Part shown: positions 24,365 to 38,296 of the stretch, in pieces
How the letters are laid out: the number at the start of each line of letters is the position of its first letter
How positions within the stretch are numbered: position 1 is the first letter of the stretch
NCBI RefSeq assembly: GCF_963921235.1
Contig: NC_086097.1
Location: forward strand, 122,328,001-122,392,000
Length of the DNA: 64,000 nucleotides
Direction of reading: 5' to 3'
From: Mobula hypostoma
Taxonomy: Eukaryota
Program-made: the position numbers and the translations under genes
Notes under the pieces: model-generated
Seen by the model: only the letters and a program-made list of their open reading frames with translations
Databases searched by the model: none
Told to the model about the DNA's origin: nothing

Positions 24365-24833
24365 TGCAATCATTACATGCTGTCCATTTAGAAATGTTTT
24401 TCTGCACACCACTGTTGTTACACTTGGTTACTTGAGTTGTTGTCACCTTTGTATCAGCTTGAACCAGAATGGCCATTCTCCTCCGACTTTCCTCATTAGC
24501 AAGGCATTTTTGCCCACAGAAATACTGCTCACTATCTGTTTTTTTTTTGTTTCTTGCACCAGTCTCTGTAAACTCTAGAGACTGTTACACATCAAAATCC
24601 TAGGAGGTCATCATTTTTCTAGGAGGTCAGGAGATACTCAAACCACCCCATCTAGCACCAACAAAAATTCCACAGTCAAAGTCAATTAGATCATATTTCT
24701 TCCCTATTCTCAACAACGACTGTACCTCTTGCCCATGTCTGCATGCTTTTATGCATTGAGCTGCTACCACATGATTGGTTGATTGGAGATATGATTTAAT
24801 GAGTAGGTGTACCTAATAAAGTACATTGAGTGT
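24365..24833 (-). mobile_element. Tc1-family non-autonomous element
   Basis: Antisense homology to 40325-40864; TIR end TACCTAATAAAGTxCATTGAGTG-TA. Confidence 0.75.
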
Positions 24834-24914
24834 AATTGTTCTTTAATTGGAATAGTTTCTTCTGACATATTAATTTTGAACACTGCTGAAATGATTCAAA
24901 ACAACCAAGGAAAT

Positions 24915-26100
24915 ACTTGGAGTATTGTCAACAGTTTTGGGCCCCTTATCTCAGAAAGGATGTATTGTCATTGGAGAGAGTCCAGCAGAGATTCACGAGG
25001 ATGATTCTGGGAATGAAAGAGATAACATATGAGGAGTATTTGGCAGCTTTGGGCTTGCACTCACTAGAATTCAGAAGAATGCATGGCGATTGCATTGAAA
25101 CCTACCGAATGTTGAAAGGACTAGATAAGTCCTTCCGCATGCGCGGCCACTCCTGTGAATGAAATCTGTAATCTGTCAAGTAGGGTGCCGTGTACAATCG
25201 TGATTTGATGGAGACAGCTATAAGAGAATGGAGGAACATCTGGAGAAACTTCTGAAATGCCTTTATCGCTGTCGCTGCTACTGTGTGATCCAGAATCTCT
25301 GGAGGGGAAGGCCCTGAGTCCTCGGCTTTGTTTGTTGCTCGGCGACCGGAACAGGGTCGAAGAACTTGGCAGATGTGGTGCTTGGTGCTCGGTATCGAAG
25401 GGCTGGTCGGAGGCTCGAAGTTTTCGGACGGACTCAGAGTTGGCTGTGGTCGGGTACTTCCAATGCATCGACAGTTGTTGGCGCCTGGAGGTTTATGGCA
25501 GAGAGATTCTGTCGCCTGCTATCGGGAACTATCGGGAGACAATTGGAACTTTGAGACTTTTGTTTTACCATGCCTATGGTCTGCTTTTTATCAAATTATG
25601 GTATTGCTTTGCACTGCTGTAACTATATGTTATAATTATGTGGTTTTGTCGGTGTTCGTCTTTGGTTTGTCCTGTTTTTGTGATATCACTCTGGAGGAAC
25701 ACTGTATCATTTCTCAATGCATGCATTTCTAAATGACAATAAATGAGGTCTTCATAATCTAATCTAATCTAAATAACGTGGATGTGGAGAGGATGTTTCC
25801 TCTGGTGGGGGCATCCAGAACTAGAGGGCACAGCCTTGAAATTGAGGGGGCGACCTTTTAGAACAGAAGGAAGGAGGAAATTTTTTAGCCTAAGAGTGGA
25901 GAATCTGTGGAATGCTCTGCCACAGACAGCGGTGGAGACCAAGTCCATGGATATATTTAAAACAGAAGTTGATAGGTCAGGGTGTCAAGGGATATGGTGA
26001 GCAGGCAGCTGTATGGGATCCAGGATCAGCCTTGATGAAATGGTGGAGTGGACTTGATGGGCTGAATGGCCTACTTCTGCTCCTATGTCTTTTGGTCTGA
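24915..26100 (+). mobile_element. CR1 3' fragment interrupted by the (TCTAA)n element
   Basis: EYCQQFWAPYLRKDVLSLERVQQRFTRM ... resumes at GTGGATGTGGAGAGG (~25778). Confidence 0.85.
25137..25772 (+). mobile_element. Second copy of the (TCTAA)n-tailed retroposon
   Basis: Collinear with the reverse complement of 20245-20900. Confidence 0.8.
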
Positions 26101-27069
26101 TAGTCTAAATATTTGAAGAACTAATTATATCGCAATCAATTTTTTACATGGGAGAACTGAAAAAGATTTCAAGGCTTTCAAAATGCAAAGGGTGCACTTG
26201 TAGAAGATCTCAACTATATTTATGACAACTGCCATCCGTTAATACATGATATCGTCAAGGCAACATCCTAGTCAAGAAATTCTATTCAGCAGCACAATAT
26301 TTATGTGAGCCGCAGAAGAGAGTTTCAACAGAAAACCCGTACTTATTGTTCGTTTCATACTGGCCATCAAGTTGCTGGTGCCCTCCACATTCATTTCTGC
26401 AGGGAGGCGCGATATAGGCATAGCAAGATCCAACACACAAATAAACCGTTCATCTTTGCATCTCAGGCCATTTAGATGGCAGCCCTGAATAGCAGGCTAG
26501 CTTCAGGCTGAGTCACAGATGAGCCGCTCCATTACACTGCTGAATTAGCTCTAGAAACCAAGCACAGGGAGAACTTTGGAGATTTTTTTCCTGCTCAAGT
26601 TACTCGTCATCATGGAAGTGGGGCATGCAGGTTCCATTTCAACATTTAAGAGAAATTTGGATAGATACATAGATGGGAGGTGTATGGAGGGCTAGGGTCC
26701 AACTGAGGGTCAAAGAGATTAAGCAGGATAACAGTTTGGCAAAGGCCAGAGAGCTTGTTTCTGTGCTGCAGTGCTCTATGACTCTATGACCATAATTGCG
26801 ATCCTAACTACCCTTTCTCTATATCCAGACCTTGACCAGGGCTCTCCTGTCCACAACCTCCACTGTCCCACCAGCAAGCAACTGCAATCCAGCCACCTAC
26901 AATGTTCTGATGCAACAGAGGTCCCGTTTCCTCATTCCTCACCTGGAATTCTTCTCCCACTACAAGGAGGCCTTCTACAGACACCTCCGTCTTTCCACTT
27001 ACAAAGATTTATGTACTCGTTCTGCAGTGGAATTTTACCCAGTACAAAATGACCATCATTTTTGCCATC

Positions 27070-27685
27070 TCCAGCATTCATTTCAAGAGGACTAGAATAT
27101 AAAAACAAGGATGTCAGGCATTAGTCAGATCATACTTGGAATAAAGTGAACAGTTTTGGGGCCCATATCTGAGAAACAATGTGCTGGCTGTGAAGAGGGT
27201 CCAGAGGAGGTTTGTGAGATTGGTCGCAGGAATGAATGGGTTAACGTATGAGGAGTGTTAGATGGCTAAAGTGCCTGTTCTCACTGGAGTTTAGAAGAAT
27301 GAGGGGAAATCTCCTTGAAACCTATCAAATATTGAAATGCCTAGACAGCAGATGTAGAGAGGATGTTTCTTATATTGATAGAGTCTAGGACCAGAGGGCA
27401 CAGCCTCAGAATAAGAGGATGTCCCTTTGGAACAGAGATAAGGAGGAATTTCATTAGCCAGAGGGTGGTGAATATGTGGAATTCACTGTCACAGAAGGCT
27501 GTGGAGGTCATCATTGGGTATATTTAAAGTGAGGTTTGATAGTGTCTTCATTAGAAAGGGCATCAAAGGTTATGGGGAGAAGGCAGGAGAATGGGGTTCA
27601 GCCGGATAATAAACCAGCTATGATGGAATATCAGAGCAGACTCAATGGACCAAATGGGTTAATTCTGCTCCTATATCTTATGGTT
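27070..27685 (+). mobile_element. CR1 3' fragment
   Basis: Collinear with 17260-17880. Confidence 0.85.
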
Positions 27686-29029
27686 CAAGGCAGCCACTTG
27701 CAGATGGCTGACATTTCACACGCGGCATCAGTGACAGTCTGTAGGCACCACGGGGTCTTTTGGGAACTCCCCCACTTCACCTTTCTGCATGATGGTTAGC
27801 AAGTACACATTTTCCATCAAAGTAAGTCCTCAGAGCAATTAGTGTCAGCAACTGAGAAATAGTCCACCGTGCCAAGTAGGCTGCTGGAGCTTAATGAGCT
27901 ACAGACAAAGCTCCTGAATAGGAAAAGTATTTTCACTGACAAACACTAATTGTGCTTTGCAACCACTCCACCCATTACAAAGCCTTATAATGATTAGTCT
28001 CCTTTAACTGGTGTGGGTAATGGGATCTATGGGGAATATAAGCAGAGGTACTCCTGGAAGCCTAGTTTCCAGGGAGCTGGAGCCCAACAAACTATTTATT
28101 TTCATGTAGGCTGTTTGTCACCCCGAGTTCCAATGCAGAGCTTGAGCACCATCGTTCCCCCAAATTCCAACGTAGCACCATTTTGAGCTCTCCAGCACCA
28201 TTGTTTTCAGTCTACAGCAGGATCTGGTTCATTCTTAAATTGCATTCTGGAGGTCCAAGGTCCGGTTGCCAGTGCTGGTGGAAGAAGACACCTGCAATAA
28301 AAGGTTAGGCTGGTAATTTTGTAAACATGCTTGGGAGACTTCGAAATGCTGTACAGTTTCAGGTCCTCCAATCGTATTGCATGCCAGATATCAGAGACAG
28401 GTGTTTCTTTGTAAGTCCAAAATGTCTGTGAGATTCATTCTTCACTGTATATAAAGTTCCTTGCTAAGCAAAGAAAAATAACATTTTATAATGTGTTACA
28501 ACATTTTTAATGCAGAATAGTGTCCATGTTGTCTCTCCAGAGTGCTGACAAAGAAAAGACTGGTAGCCAGGACACTTTGGTAATTGATTTATTATTGTCT
28601 CTTGTATAAAGGGACAGTGGAAAAATTTGTTTTGTGTGCCATACATATAGATCATTTCACCCCATTTCTACCTCAAGGTAGCATCTGGGAAAATCAATAA
28701 CAGAATGCAGAATATATTGTTACCATTACAGAGAAAGTCCAGTGCAAAGAGACAACAAGGTGCAAGGCTTGATGGGGTAGATTGTAAAGCCAAGAGTCCA
28801 TCTTATTACACAAGAGTTCTATTCAGTAGCCTTACAACACCAGGACAGAAGCTGTCCTTGAGTCTGGTAGTATGTGCTTTTTGGCTTTTGGATCTTCTAC
28901 TTGATGGATAAGATGAGAGTGGGGAGAAGAGAGAATGTCCAAGGTGGGAGGAGTCTTTTATTATATTGACGACTATTCTGAGGCAGCAAGATCAGAAACT
29001 GAGACAGGTAATCAATTTTTTTTTGAAAA

Positions 29030-29672
29030 CCTACGGCACAATATAGGCCTTTCACCCACAACTTGTACTTACTTTCACCAGAACATGTACTTACTTTAGA
29101 AATTACCTTCAGTTACCCATAGCCTTCTATTTTACTAAGTTCCATCCACCTATCCAGGAGTCTCTTAAAAGACCCTATCGTATCTGCCTCCACCACCGCC
29201 GCTGGTAGCTTATTTCACGCAGTCACCACTCACAGCATAAAAAAAAACTTATCCCTAACATCTCCTCTGTACCTACTCCCAAGCACCTTAAAACAGTGCC
29301 CTCTCGTGTTAGCCATTTCAGCCCTAGAAAAAAGCCTCTGACTATCCACATGATCAATGCCTTTCATCATCTTGTACATCTCTATCAGATCACCTCTCAC
29401 CTTCTGCTGCTCCAAGGAGAAAAGGCTGAGTTCACTCAACCTATTCTCATAAGGCATGCTCCCCAATCCAGGCAACATCCTTGTAAATCTCCTCTGCACC
29501 CTTTCTATGCTTTCCACATCCTTCCTGTAGTGAGGAGACCAGAACTGAGCACAGTACTCCAAGTGGGGTCTGACCAGGGTCCTACATAGTTGTAACATTA
29601 CCTCTCGGCTCTTAAACTCAATCCCATGGTTGATGAAGGTCAATGCACTGTATACCTTCTTAATCACAGAGT
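29030..29672 (-). mobile_element. CR1 3' fragment
   Basis: LVRPHLEYCAQFWSPHYRKD..RVQRRFTRMLPGL. Confidence 0.9.
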
Positions 29673-30146
29673 TAATGGTCATGTCAAAGTCACAGTTCAT
29701 AAGGAACATCTTTGAAAGGAAGGGAGAAGCGGTCTTCAGCAAAAAAAGATTATGACTTCAGGAAATGGTGGCACTGAAATGAAAGGTGGTGCATTTAGAG
29801 GATGTGCTGAGCTTGAGGTCTAAGTAGAGAAGTACAAAGACTTCACAAGGCAGACTTTCTGATAGATTTTATAGAAAGTGGAATGAGGTTATAGAAGGGT
29901 TTGTATACAGGAATAAGACTTTTTAAATCAGCACAATGTAGAACGGGTTGGCACGGTAGCGTAGCAGATAGTGTAATTTTATTACAGTACCAGCGACCCA
30001 GGTGCAATTCCCACTGCTGTCTGTAAGGAGTTTGCACATTCTTCCCGTGATCACATAGATCTCCTCTGGCTGTTCCAGCGTCATCCGGCATTCCTCAGAC
30101 ATACGAGTTTGGAGGGTCATTGATTTCATGGGTGCAATTGGGTGGA

Positions 30147-30343
30147 GTAGTTGGCCGATGGTGAACCGGGCGTCGAGTTGAATGGTCCGGAGTCAAACCC
30201 TGCTGCCTCCTTGCACACCTTCCATCCACGCTGAGTTAAGTGTCGAGCTAGCAACTTGGCCTCGTAAAAAAAAACAATCAATTGCTACCGAAATGGCAAA
30301 AACGCCAGACAATGCTCCACAAAGCGTGAAAAGGAACAACAAC
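30147..30343 (+). mobile_element. Small tRNA-like SINE with (AAC)n tail nested in a V-SINE
   Basis: A-box-like TTGGCCGATGG and B-box-like GAGTCAAACC; tail AACAACAAC; host V-SINE resumes after it. Confidence 0.5.
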
Positions 30344-32064
30344 AGGGCGGTGCGGGCTCATTGCTATACAAGCTCTGCTGTATCCCTAAATTTAAAAAAA
30401 ACACCCAAAACTAAATGGATTTAATGCAGTTGACCAAGAAAGTGGTTTCTAGAATGTTCCAAATGTCAGTTGGGGAAGGGCAGTAAATGTTGAATTTACC
30501 AACAATACTCATGGCTGTAGAGGCCAAGTTATTGGGTATACAGTACTTAAAGCGGAGTTGGGTGCTTGATTTAGTAAGGGTGTCAAAGGTTGCAGGAGAA
30601 TGGCGGAAAATAAATCAGTCATGGTGGAATGGTGAAGAAGACTCTGTGGGTCGAATGGCCTAATTCTTCTCTTATGCCTTATGGTCTTATGGCTAGTTAT
30701 ATAAATGATTTGGATGTGAATGCACTAAGCTTGATCAGTAAGAGTGGATAAGAGTGGACATGGAGAGGACATTTCCTACACTGGGTGAACCTCGGACCAG
30801 AGGGCCCAGACTCTTTAGAACAGAGATGAAGAGAAATTTCTTTAGCCAGAGCGTAGTGAATCTGTGGAATTCATTGCCACAGATGGCTGTGGAGGCCAAG
30901 TCATTGGTTATATTTGAAGTAGTAGTTGATAGGTTCTCGGTTAGTAAGGGCATCAACGGTTATGGGGAGGAGGTAGGAGAATGGAGTTAAGAAGGATAAC
31001 AATTCAGTCCTGATGGAATGGCAGAATAGACTTGATGGGCCAAATGGTCTATTGTGCTCCTATGCTTTCATGTCTTATGGCCCCAAATATGAATGATAAA
31101 ATTACCATCTGCTGACTCTGCACCTCCCCAAAGCTGTTGAAATGTCCAGGAAATCCAGCAATTTAAAAGCCACATTGTTAGCTTGTAAAGTGGAGACCAT
31201 CGGTGAGGACTATCTCATGTAGCAAATCGCAACAAGTTTCTCTTTCCTTCCAGCAGCACAGAGGGAGGAAAAAAACATGTCCTGCAGCAAAGATCAAAGG
31301 CACAAGCATGATCTCATCTATAATGCAGAACAGAATCAGGGCTGCCTCTGGCAGCAGTGCTTTAGACACGATGTTAATTAATTGCTTCTGGGACTAACAT
31401 GACATATCAACTAAATCTGTCAGCAAAGAATGGAGAATCAAATATTTGGACTAAGGAACAAAGACTAGAGTTGAGCAAAAGTATAATCCACATCATTGTT
31501 TTGTTCGAGGCTAAATGTTATCAAACTTTCTATTATGTGACGCACTTCTAGGATTCCAGGATGGTTCACACATTAGGGATAGTTCAGAGATCCAGGTTCA
31601 AAAGGAACATAGATCTTTGATTAAGCTCAGGAACTATAATTGTAACATCCTCAAGTTCCATGATAGGGTACCGAATTCCCTCATGTGTGCACGAACAAAA
31701 GTATGGTCGCTACTGTGATATTCTGAGTAAACATTCGCAGCAAAGCTGACCTACCGCTTTCTGAGGCCCCATACCCTAGTGACACCGAAAACACAACGGC
31801 TCATTCACAAACTAACCAATGGCTTCTGCTCCAGTTCATTAAGTTTTATCTTGCTACACAGCACCCAACAAATCAGAAGTAACATATTACACTATTTGTA
31901 GTTTATCATACAATTCTCAAATAGCCAATCATATTATCCACCATATACAACAGCAAAACACTGCATTAATATATCTCTGATCCTGGTTTAACACATGAAT
32001 GTTGCACTTCAGTGTGTCACATCGTTACACTTTATAGCAACACTCTTGAAAGCAATTGAATTTA

Positions 32065-32403
32065 CACTCAGTGCACACTTTATCAGATACCTCTTTTACC
32101 TAATAAAGTAGTTACTGGGTGTATGTACATGCTGCTGTAGCCTGTCCACTTCAAGGTTCAACATGTTGTGCATTCAGAGTTGCTCTTCTGCACACCACTA
32201 TTGTAACATGTGGTTATTTGAGTTACTGTCCCCTTCCTGTCAGCATGAACCAGTCTGGCCATTCTCCTCTGACCTCTCTCATTAACAAGGCATCTGAACC
32301 TCTTGACCATAGCTGCATTGAGTTGCTGCCTCATGACTGGCTGATAAAATATTAGCTTTAATAAACAGTGTGCAGGTGTACCTAATAATGTGTCCATTGA
32401 GTG
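32065..32403 (-). mobile_element. Tc1-family non-autonomous element
   Basis: TA-flanked TIRs CACTCAGTG.. / ..CATTGAGTG; peptide NERGQRRMARLV..DRK.TVTQITT.YNSGVQKS. Confidence 0.8.
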
Positions 32404-33535
32404 TATATTAACCTCACCTGATCATATTATATAAAGAAAAACCTCATAGTTCTGAGATAAGTTGGAAGGAACCAGCCAATCAAAAATCTAATCAAGGATT
32501 ATACTAGGATGGAAAACTATGTGGTTATTCTCACTTCTTTCTGAAGATTATTTTCATCTGATTGCTCACCTTGCCAATTGTCTCAGGAGACTAACGAAGA
32601 TTTTACATGAGAAAGGCATTACAATTGCCAAATCATGTCAAAACTTGATGTACACATGGATCTTTATAGGTTTTGTGGCATGATCTTTCTAGTTCAATCA
32701 AAAGGGCTAGGTAAGTTTGCTGAATTCAGGAGTTTGAGAGTGAAGGTAGTGTTCCAAATAAACAGATCCTCAGAATTCACACAGTGAAGCATTGGATTAT
32801 GAGTCACATTACATGCAATTTTCAAATTTTTCCCTGTTACCACAGGTCACAACTCCCAAAATGCAACTTAGAAGTCCTGCCTGCCCAGCAAGTCTTACAA
32901 CAAGTTCAGTATTCCAACATTAGTAATCTTAAAGTGTATTCTGTCTGCTTCATAATTCTCCTTCCAAAATTGCACCATTATGTAATTCTCAACATTCAAT
33001 ACCATCTAATATTATAAAGGCACCATTTCATTATTGAGCCTTGTCTATGAAATTGCTTACAATCTTTTTCTATGTTAATCCTTTGCGGCATATTTTTATG
33101 TTACAAAGAAATATATAGAATATGCAACAATTTGAAATGGGGCCATTCAACTCAACAATACTGTGTCCGTGTTTAACTTTCAAACAAGCAAGCATTCAAT
33201 CACACCACCACAATGTTTCAACACCCATTCGTCTCCTTAACCTTCAAACACTAAATCTAATTCTGAATTCTGAGAAATATAACTGCCAAAAAGCTTTGAT
33301 ATATAAAAACACTATTTCTGTTAACTTCCTATGTTTTAAATTTATCAGCAACTGTGTTTACATATTCAGGGTCTATCAAAGAGTGGAGCCCATCATAAGT
33401 TAAATATCTTATTGATACAAATACTTTTTCCTTTGTAAAGAAATAATCTCAAGATGCCCTTTAAAGTTGTTAACATAGATTATAAGACCACCAATATAGA
33501 ATGCTTACAACTGACTAACCCTAACCCATACACTA

Positions 33536-35119
33536 CATGTGGCCCCCATTTTCCGAACGTTCGCTTTGCAACACCTCGCTGTAACGAAAGACCTACATTA
33601 GGTACCTGTTTTCGCTAACAGAAGGTATTTTCACTGTTACGAAAAAAGGCAGCACACGCCCAAACAGCCAAGCTCCTGCCCCGGAACGCATTCTAGCCGC
33701 AGCAGCTGCCATTGCTTAAACACGTGCTTTATCTCGATTTATTTTGTGCATCCGTTAGCAAGATGAGTTCTAAGGTATCGGAAAAGCCTAAAAGAGCTCA
33801 TAAGGGTGTTACACTTAGCATAAAACTAGACATAATTAAGCGTTTCGATCGTGGTGAACGAAGTAAGGACATTGTCCACGCGTTGAACTTGCCTGCGTCC
33901 ACCATTCGCACTATTTATACGCAGAGAGAAATGGCGTTTGGTTATTCGTATAAGCAAATGTTTAACTGTGACGAAACTGCAATTTATTAGAAAAAGTTGC
34001 TGAGCAATACATTTATTTTGATAGAAGAAAAGCAGGCTAAGGGACACAAGGCATCGAAGGACAGGTTTACCCTAATGCCTATTATTAACGCCACTGGTGA
34101 TTCTGTCCTTAAGCCTCTACTGGTGTACCATTCAGAAAATCCGAGGGCACTTAAAGGCGTTGATAAGAAAACACTTCCCGTTGTGTTCCTTTCACATCCA
34201 AGTGGTTGGAATACCCAAGTGTTCTTTTCTGAGTACATGAGTGGATACGTTAGTCCTTTTGTTGAAAAATACTGTAGAGAAAATAACCTCGATAATAGGT
34301 GTTTTGTGATTGTCAATAATTGTGCTGCTCGACCACCTGGCATTACCAAGTATGGCGGTAACATTCGTGCTGCGTTCTTATCGCCGAATACGACATCGTT
34401 GCTGCAGCCGTGCAACCAAGTTCGAACAGCCACAATTAAGACTTACTATATGCAAAACGTGATGCGTTTTATTGTAAGTACCATTGACAGAGAGGGCAAC
34501 TCCGAAGCGTCTTTGCGAGAGATCTGGAAAGATTACAATATAAAATTGGCAATCGCCAACATTGGAGATGCTCTCGATAGGCTAACAGTCTCAATGAGAA
34601 ATGGCATTTGGAGGAAACCGTGTCGCAAAGCAGTGAACGATTTTAAAGGCTTCAAACCATCAACAATAAATATGGCAATAGTGAATTTGGCTGCTGTACA
34701 TACATTATTTCTACTTTATATAGGATGTGCATTTTTATGCATTATTTGGTATGATTTGTTATTTGGTATGATCTAGCAGCTTCATAGCTTAAAGGTTACT
34801 GGAGAAAGTGTTTCTGCCAAGAGCACTTGCGCCGAGAGTGCTGCCGTGAGATTTTCGCGGCACTAGACAGTGCTGAAAAGTATTTCTACTTTATATAGGC
34901 TGCGTATTTATCACATCATTCCTGCTTTTACTATATGTTACTGTTATTTTAGGTTTTATGTGTTATTTGGCACGATTTTGTAGGGTATTTTTTGGGTCTG
35001 GGAACACACAAAAATTTTTCCCATATTAATAAATGGTAATTCCTTATACACTTTACGACATTCTGGCTCACTATCTGTTTCATAGGAATGCTCTACCTTC
35101 GGATAGCAGGGGAAACCTG
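33536..35119 (+). mobile_element. Tigger/pogo DNA transposon, internally deleted, nested in a V-SINE
   Basis: TA TSDs (33534-35, 35120-21); TIRs CATGTGGCCCCCATTTTCCGAA / TTCGGATAGCAGGGGAAACCTG. Confidence 0.88.
33763..34776 (+). pseudogene. Tigger (TIGD1-like) transposase: psq-type HTH fused to the DDE_1 domain
   Basis: VTLSIKLDIIKRFDRGE..PASTIRTI; FNCDET; KASKDRFTLM..NATGD..KPLLVYHSENPRALK; PNTTSLLQP; single TAG at 33988-33990. Confidence 0.9.
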
Positions 35120-35735
35120 TATATCTTTGGAATGTGTGGAGAGACTGGAGCACCTGGAGAAAACCCACATGATCACAGGGAGAACGTGCAAACTCCTTAC
35201 AGACAGCGACTGGAATTGAACCCCGATTAGTGATCACTGGCCCTATAAGGCATTATGCCAACCGCTTTGCTACCGTGCCCCTCAGTAATTAACCTCATGG
35301 TTGATAGGTTCTTGATTAGTAAGGGTGGCAAAAGGCAAGAGAATGGGGTTGAAAGGGACACTAAATCAGCCACGATCGAATTGTGGAGCAGACTCAATGA
35401 GCCGAGTAGCCGAATTCTGCTCATATGTCTTATGGTCTTCCAGTCCATCCTCATTATTACTCTATAATAGGAATCCATTAACATACATGAGTCCAACTCA
35501 AGGCTTAATAAAGGTAGTTTTATTTAGACTTCTTGTCATCTCTTGGTCGTATATGCAAATTGTGATCTTATGCCCTCCATTAAAAACCCACATCAATGAT
35601 CATTTGAAAAGAATGATGATTTTAACACAGTCCCTGGGGAGGACACAACATTTCTTTCATCAATTAACCACTTCTAGTTCCCACCTGCCCTGCAGTAAAA
35701 CATGAAAACATGCCACAATCCCGTTAATATCTAAT

Positions 35736-35737
<2 letters not shown>

Positions 35738-35777
<40 letters not shown>

Positions 35778-36106
35778 GGTGGGTGGATGTGTGTGTGTGT
35801 GTTTGTGTGTGTGTGGGGGTGTGTGTGGGGGGGTGGGTATGTGTGTGTGAGGGAGTGTGTGGGAGTGGGTATGTGGGTGGGTGGATGTGTGTGTGTGGGG
35901 GTGGGTATGTGTGTGTGAGGAGGTGTGTGGGAGTGGGTATGTGGGTGGGTGGATGTGTGTGTGTTTGTGTGTGTGGGGGTGGGTATGTGTGTGTGAGGGG
36001 GTGTGTGGGAGTGGGTATGTGGGTGGGTGGATGTGTGTGTGTGTGTGTGGGGGGTTGGGTATGTGTGTGTGAGGGGGTGTGTGGGAGTGGGTATGTGGGT
36101 GGGTGG

Positions 36107-36149
<43 letters not shown>

Positions 36150-36419
36150 GAGGGGGGTGGGTATGTGTGTGTGGGAGGGTGTGTGGGAGTGGGTATGTGG
36201 GTGGGTGGATGTGTGTGTGTCTGTGTGTCTGTGTGTTTTGTGTGTGTGTGTGGGGGTGGGTATGTGTGTGTGGGAGGGTGTGTGGGAGCGGGTATGTGGG
36301 TGGGTGGATGTGTGTGTGTGTGTGTGTGTGCGGGGGTGGGTATGTATGTGTGGGGGGGTGTGTGGGAGTGGGTATGTGGGTGGGTGGATGTGTGTGTGAG
36401 TGGGTATGTGGGTGGGTGG

Positions 36420-36483
<64 letters not shown>
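35738..36483. repeat. Compound (GT)n / GGGAGTGGGTATGTGGGTGGGTGGAT minisatellite
   Basis: Directly visible; about seven higher-order units of variable length. Confidence 0.97.
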
Positions 36484-36487
<4 letters not shown>

Positions 36488-36631
36488 CTTTTCTTTCAAA
36501 CAATGTATTAGAAGCTGCTTTTGTTATCGTTTATCTTTAACTGACACAACTGGGTACAGTCAATCAGTGGACACAAAACTGCAAGGATTATGCAATATTG
36601 TAAAAGCCAGGAAATTAGGACAGTAAAACAT

Positions 36632-37070
36632 AAACACAAAAGATTCTGCAGATGCTGGAAAATATGTGCACCACACACAAAATGCTGAATGAACTCAGCA
36701 GGTCAGTTAGCATCTATAGAAAGAAATAAAAAGTCAATGTTTCAGGCCAAGACCCTTCATCTGGACAGGAAAGGAAGGAGGAAGAAGCGAGAATTAAAAG
36801 GTGGGGGGGGGGAGGGTACAAGCTGGTTGATGATAGATGAAGCCATCCGAGGGGAAAGGTAGGTGGGTTGGGGAGGGGGGATGATGTGAGAAGGTAGCAG
36901 GTGATAGGTGGAAAGGGGAAAGTGCAGAAGAAAAAAGAATCTGATAGGAGAGGAGAGTGGACCATGGGAGATAGGGAAGGAGGAGAGGCACCACAGGAAA
37001 GTGACGGGTAGGTAAGGAGAAGAGAAGAGGTAAGAGGGGAACCAGAATGGTGAACAGAGAAGGACAGAAA
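36632..37070 (-). mobile_element. Penelope-like terminal repeat with mutated hammerhead (36731-36768)
   Basis: Minus strand TGTC-CAGATGA-AGGGTCTTGGCCT-GAAA-CATT-GACT; purine-rich body. Confidence 0.8.
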
Positions 37071-37249
37071 GGGACAAGAGATCAGGTATGTCCAGATGCA
37101 ACTGAGGGTCCATTAAAATAATAATAGTATATTCCTTTGAGAAAGCTTAACTTCAAATTATGACTTTATCATAGTGGCTGTGGAACAACCTGTAGTGCAC
37201 AGAATGAACTGTGATAAAGGACTACTGCATTGCTTTCCAGAATAACAGT

Positions 37250-37810
37250 CAAAATGCTGGAGGAACTCAGCAGGCCAGGCAGCATCTAAAAAGAGGAATA
37301 AACAGTCAACATTTCGGGCCGAGGCCCTTCATCCGGACTGGAGAGGAAGGGGCAAGGAGTCAGGAAAAGATTATTTATTATTAATCTTTATTGTTCTATT
37401 TGGTTATCCTTTGTTGGTCTCTAAGACTGTCCTAATTCTTCTCCTCCCCTCTTACCCCTCCTCTTCACATCGTCTGCCTGTCACTTCCCTCTGGTGTCCC
37501 TCCTCCTTCCCTTTCTCTCATGGTCCACTCTCCTCTCCTATCAGATTCCTCCTTCAGCCCTTTACCTCTTTCACCTATCACCTCCCAGCTTCTTGCTTGA
37601 TCCACTGTCCCCCACCCACCTACTTTCCCCCTCATCTGGTCTCACCTATTACCTGGCAGCAGGTACCTCTTCTCCTCCGCCCACCACTCTATTTTGGCTT
37701 CTTCCCCTTCCTTTCCAGTCCAGATGAAGGGTCTCAGACCGAAATGTCGATTATTATTCCCCTCCATAGATGCTGACTGACCTGTTGAGTTCTTCCAGCA
37801 TTTTATGTTT
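37250..37810. mobile_element. Two Penelope-like terminal repeats in inverted orientation
   Basis: Hammerhead-like motifs at 37303-37340 (-) and 37716-37753 (+). Confidence 0.8.
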
Positions 37811-38296
37811 TGCACAATATTGCCCCGTACCTCCCAGCCTGTATACAAAGTCCTTTTTGTTTAAACATTTTACTTGCATCACTTACTCCAATGCTGTACT
37901 ACCTTGCATTCTGTATTAACTTTAAAAGTCCTGATGCTACTGCTCTTTTGTTCTCTCTGATCTTATTAATCAACGTCGCCCTAAAACCATGTGGCACAAG
38001 CCAGATAAGCTTTGACTTCTCCGCAAAACAAATCAGATCTATTATCAGCACATCAGCATCCATCAGAAACAAAGTTTCATGAAACACATGGTACAAACTG
38101 ACAGGGTTGACCAAACTACTTTATAATGAAACATCTCCAGTACACAGTATGTGAGCTGTGCACAAGGAATTTAATAGGCTATTAATACCTAATATGAATG
38201 TGTTGAGTAAACCCAGGGAGAATAAATGCAATGATATCAACCATGCCTCTTATGGTGATTGGATCCAGAGCTAACAATTAGCCAAAGTCTGCGCAA

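Noticed and set aside
28235..28291. Possible minus-strand terminal exon (TTATTGCAG|VSSSTSTGNRTLDLQNAI*)
   Set aside because: Short, no recognisable protein, no partner exons; needs RNA-seq
29950..30025. tRNA gene
   Set aside because: tRNA-derived SINE head without a complete cloverleaf
35724..36626. Long His/Thr/Pro- and Val/Cys/Gly-rich ORFs
   Set aside because: Artefacts of the stop-free GT minisatellite
36731..37753. Additional active hammerheads
   Set aside because: Core boxes are mutated (CAGAUGA, CGGAUGA); counted as decayed copies
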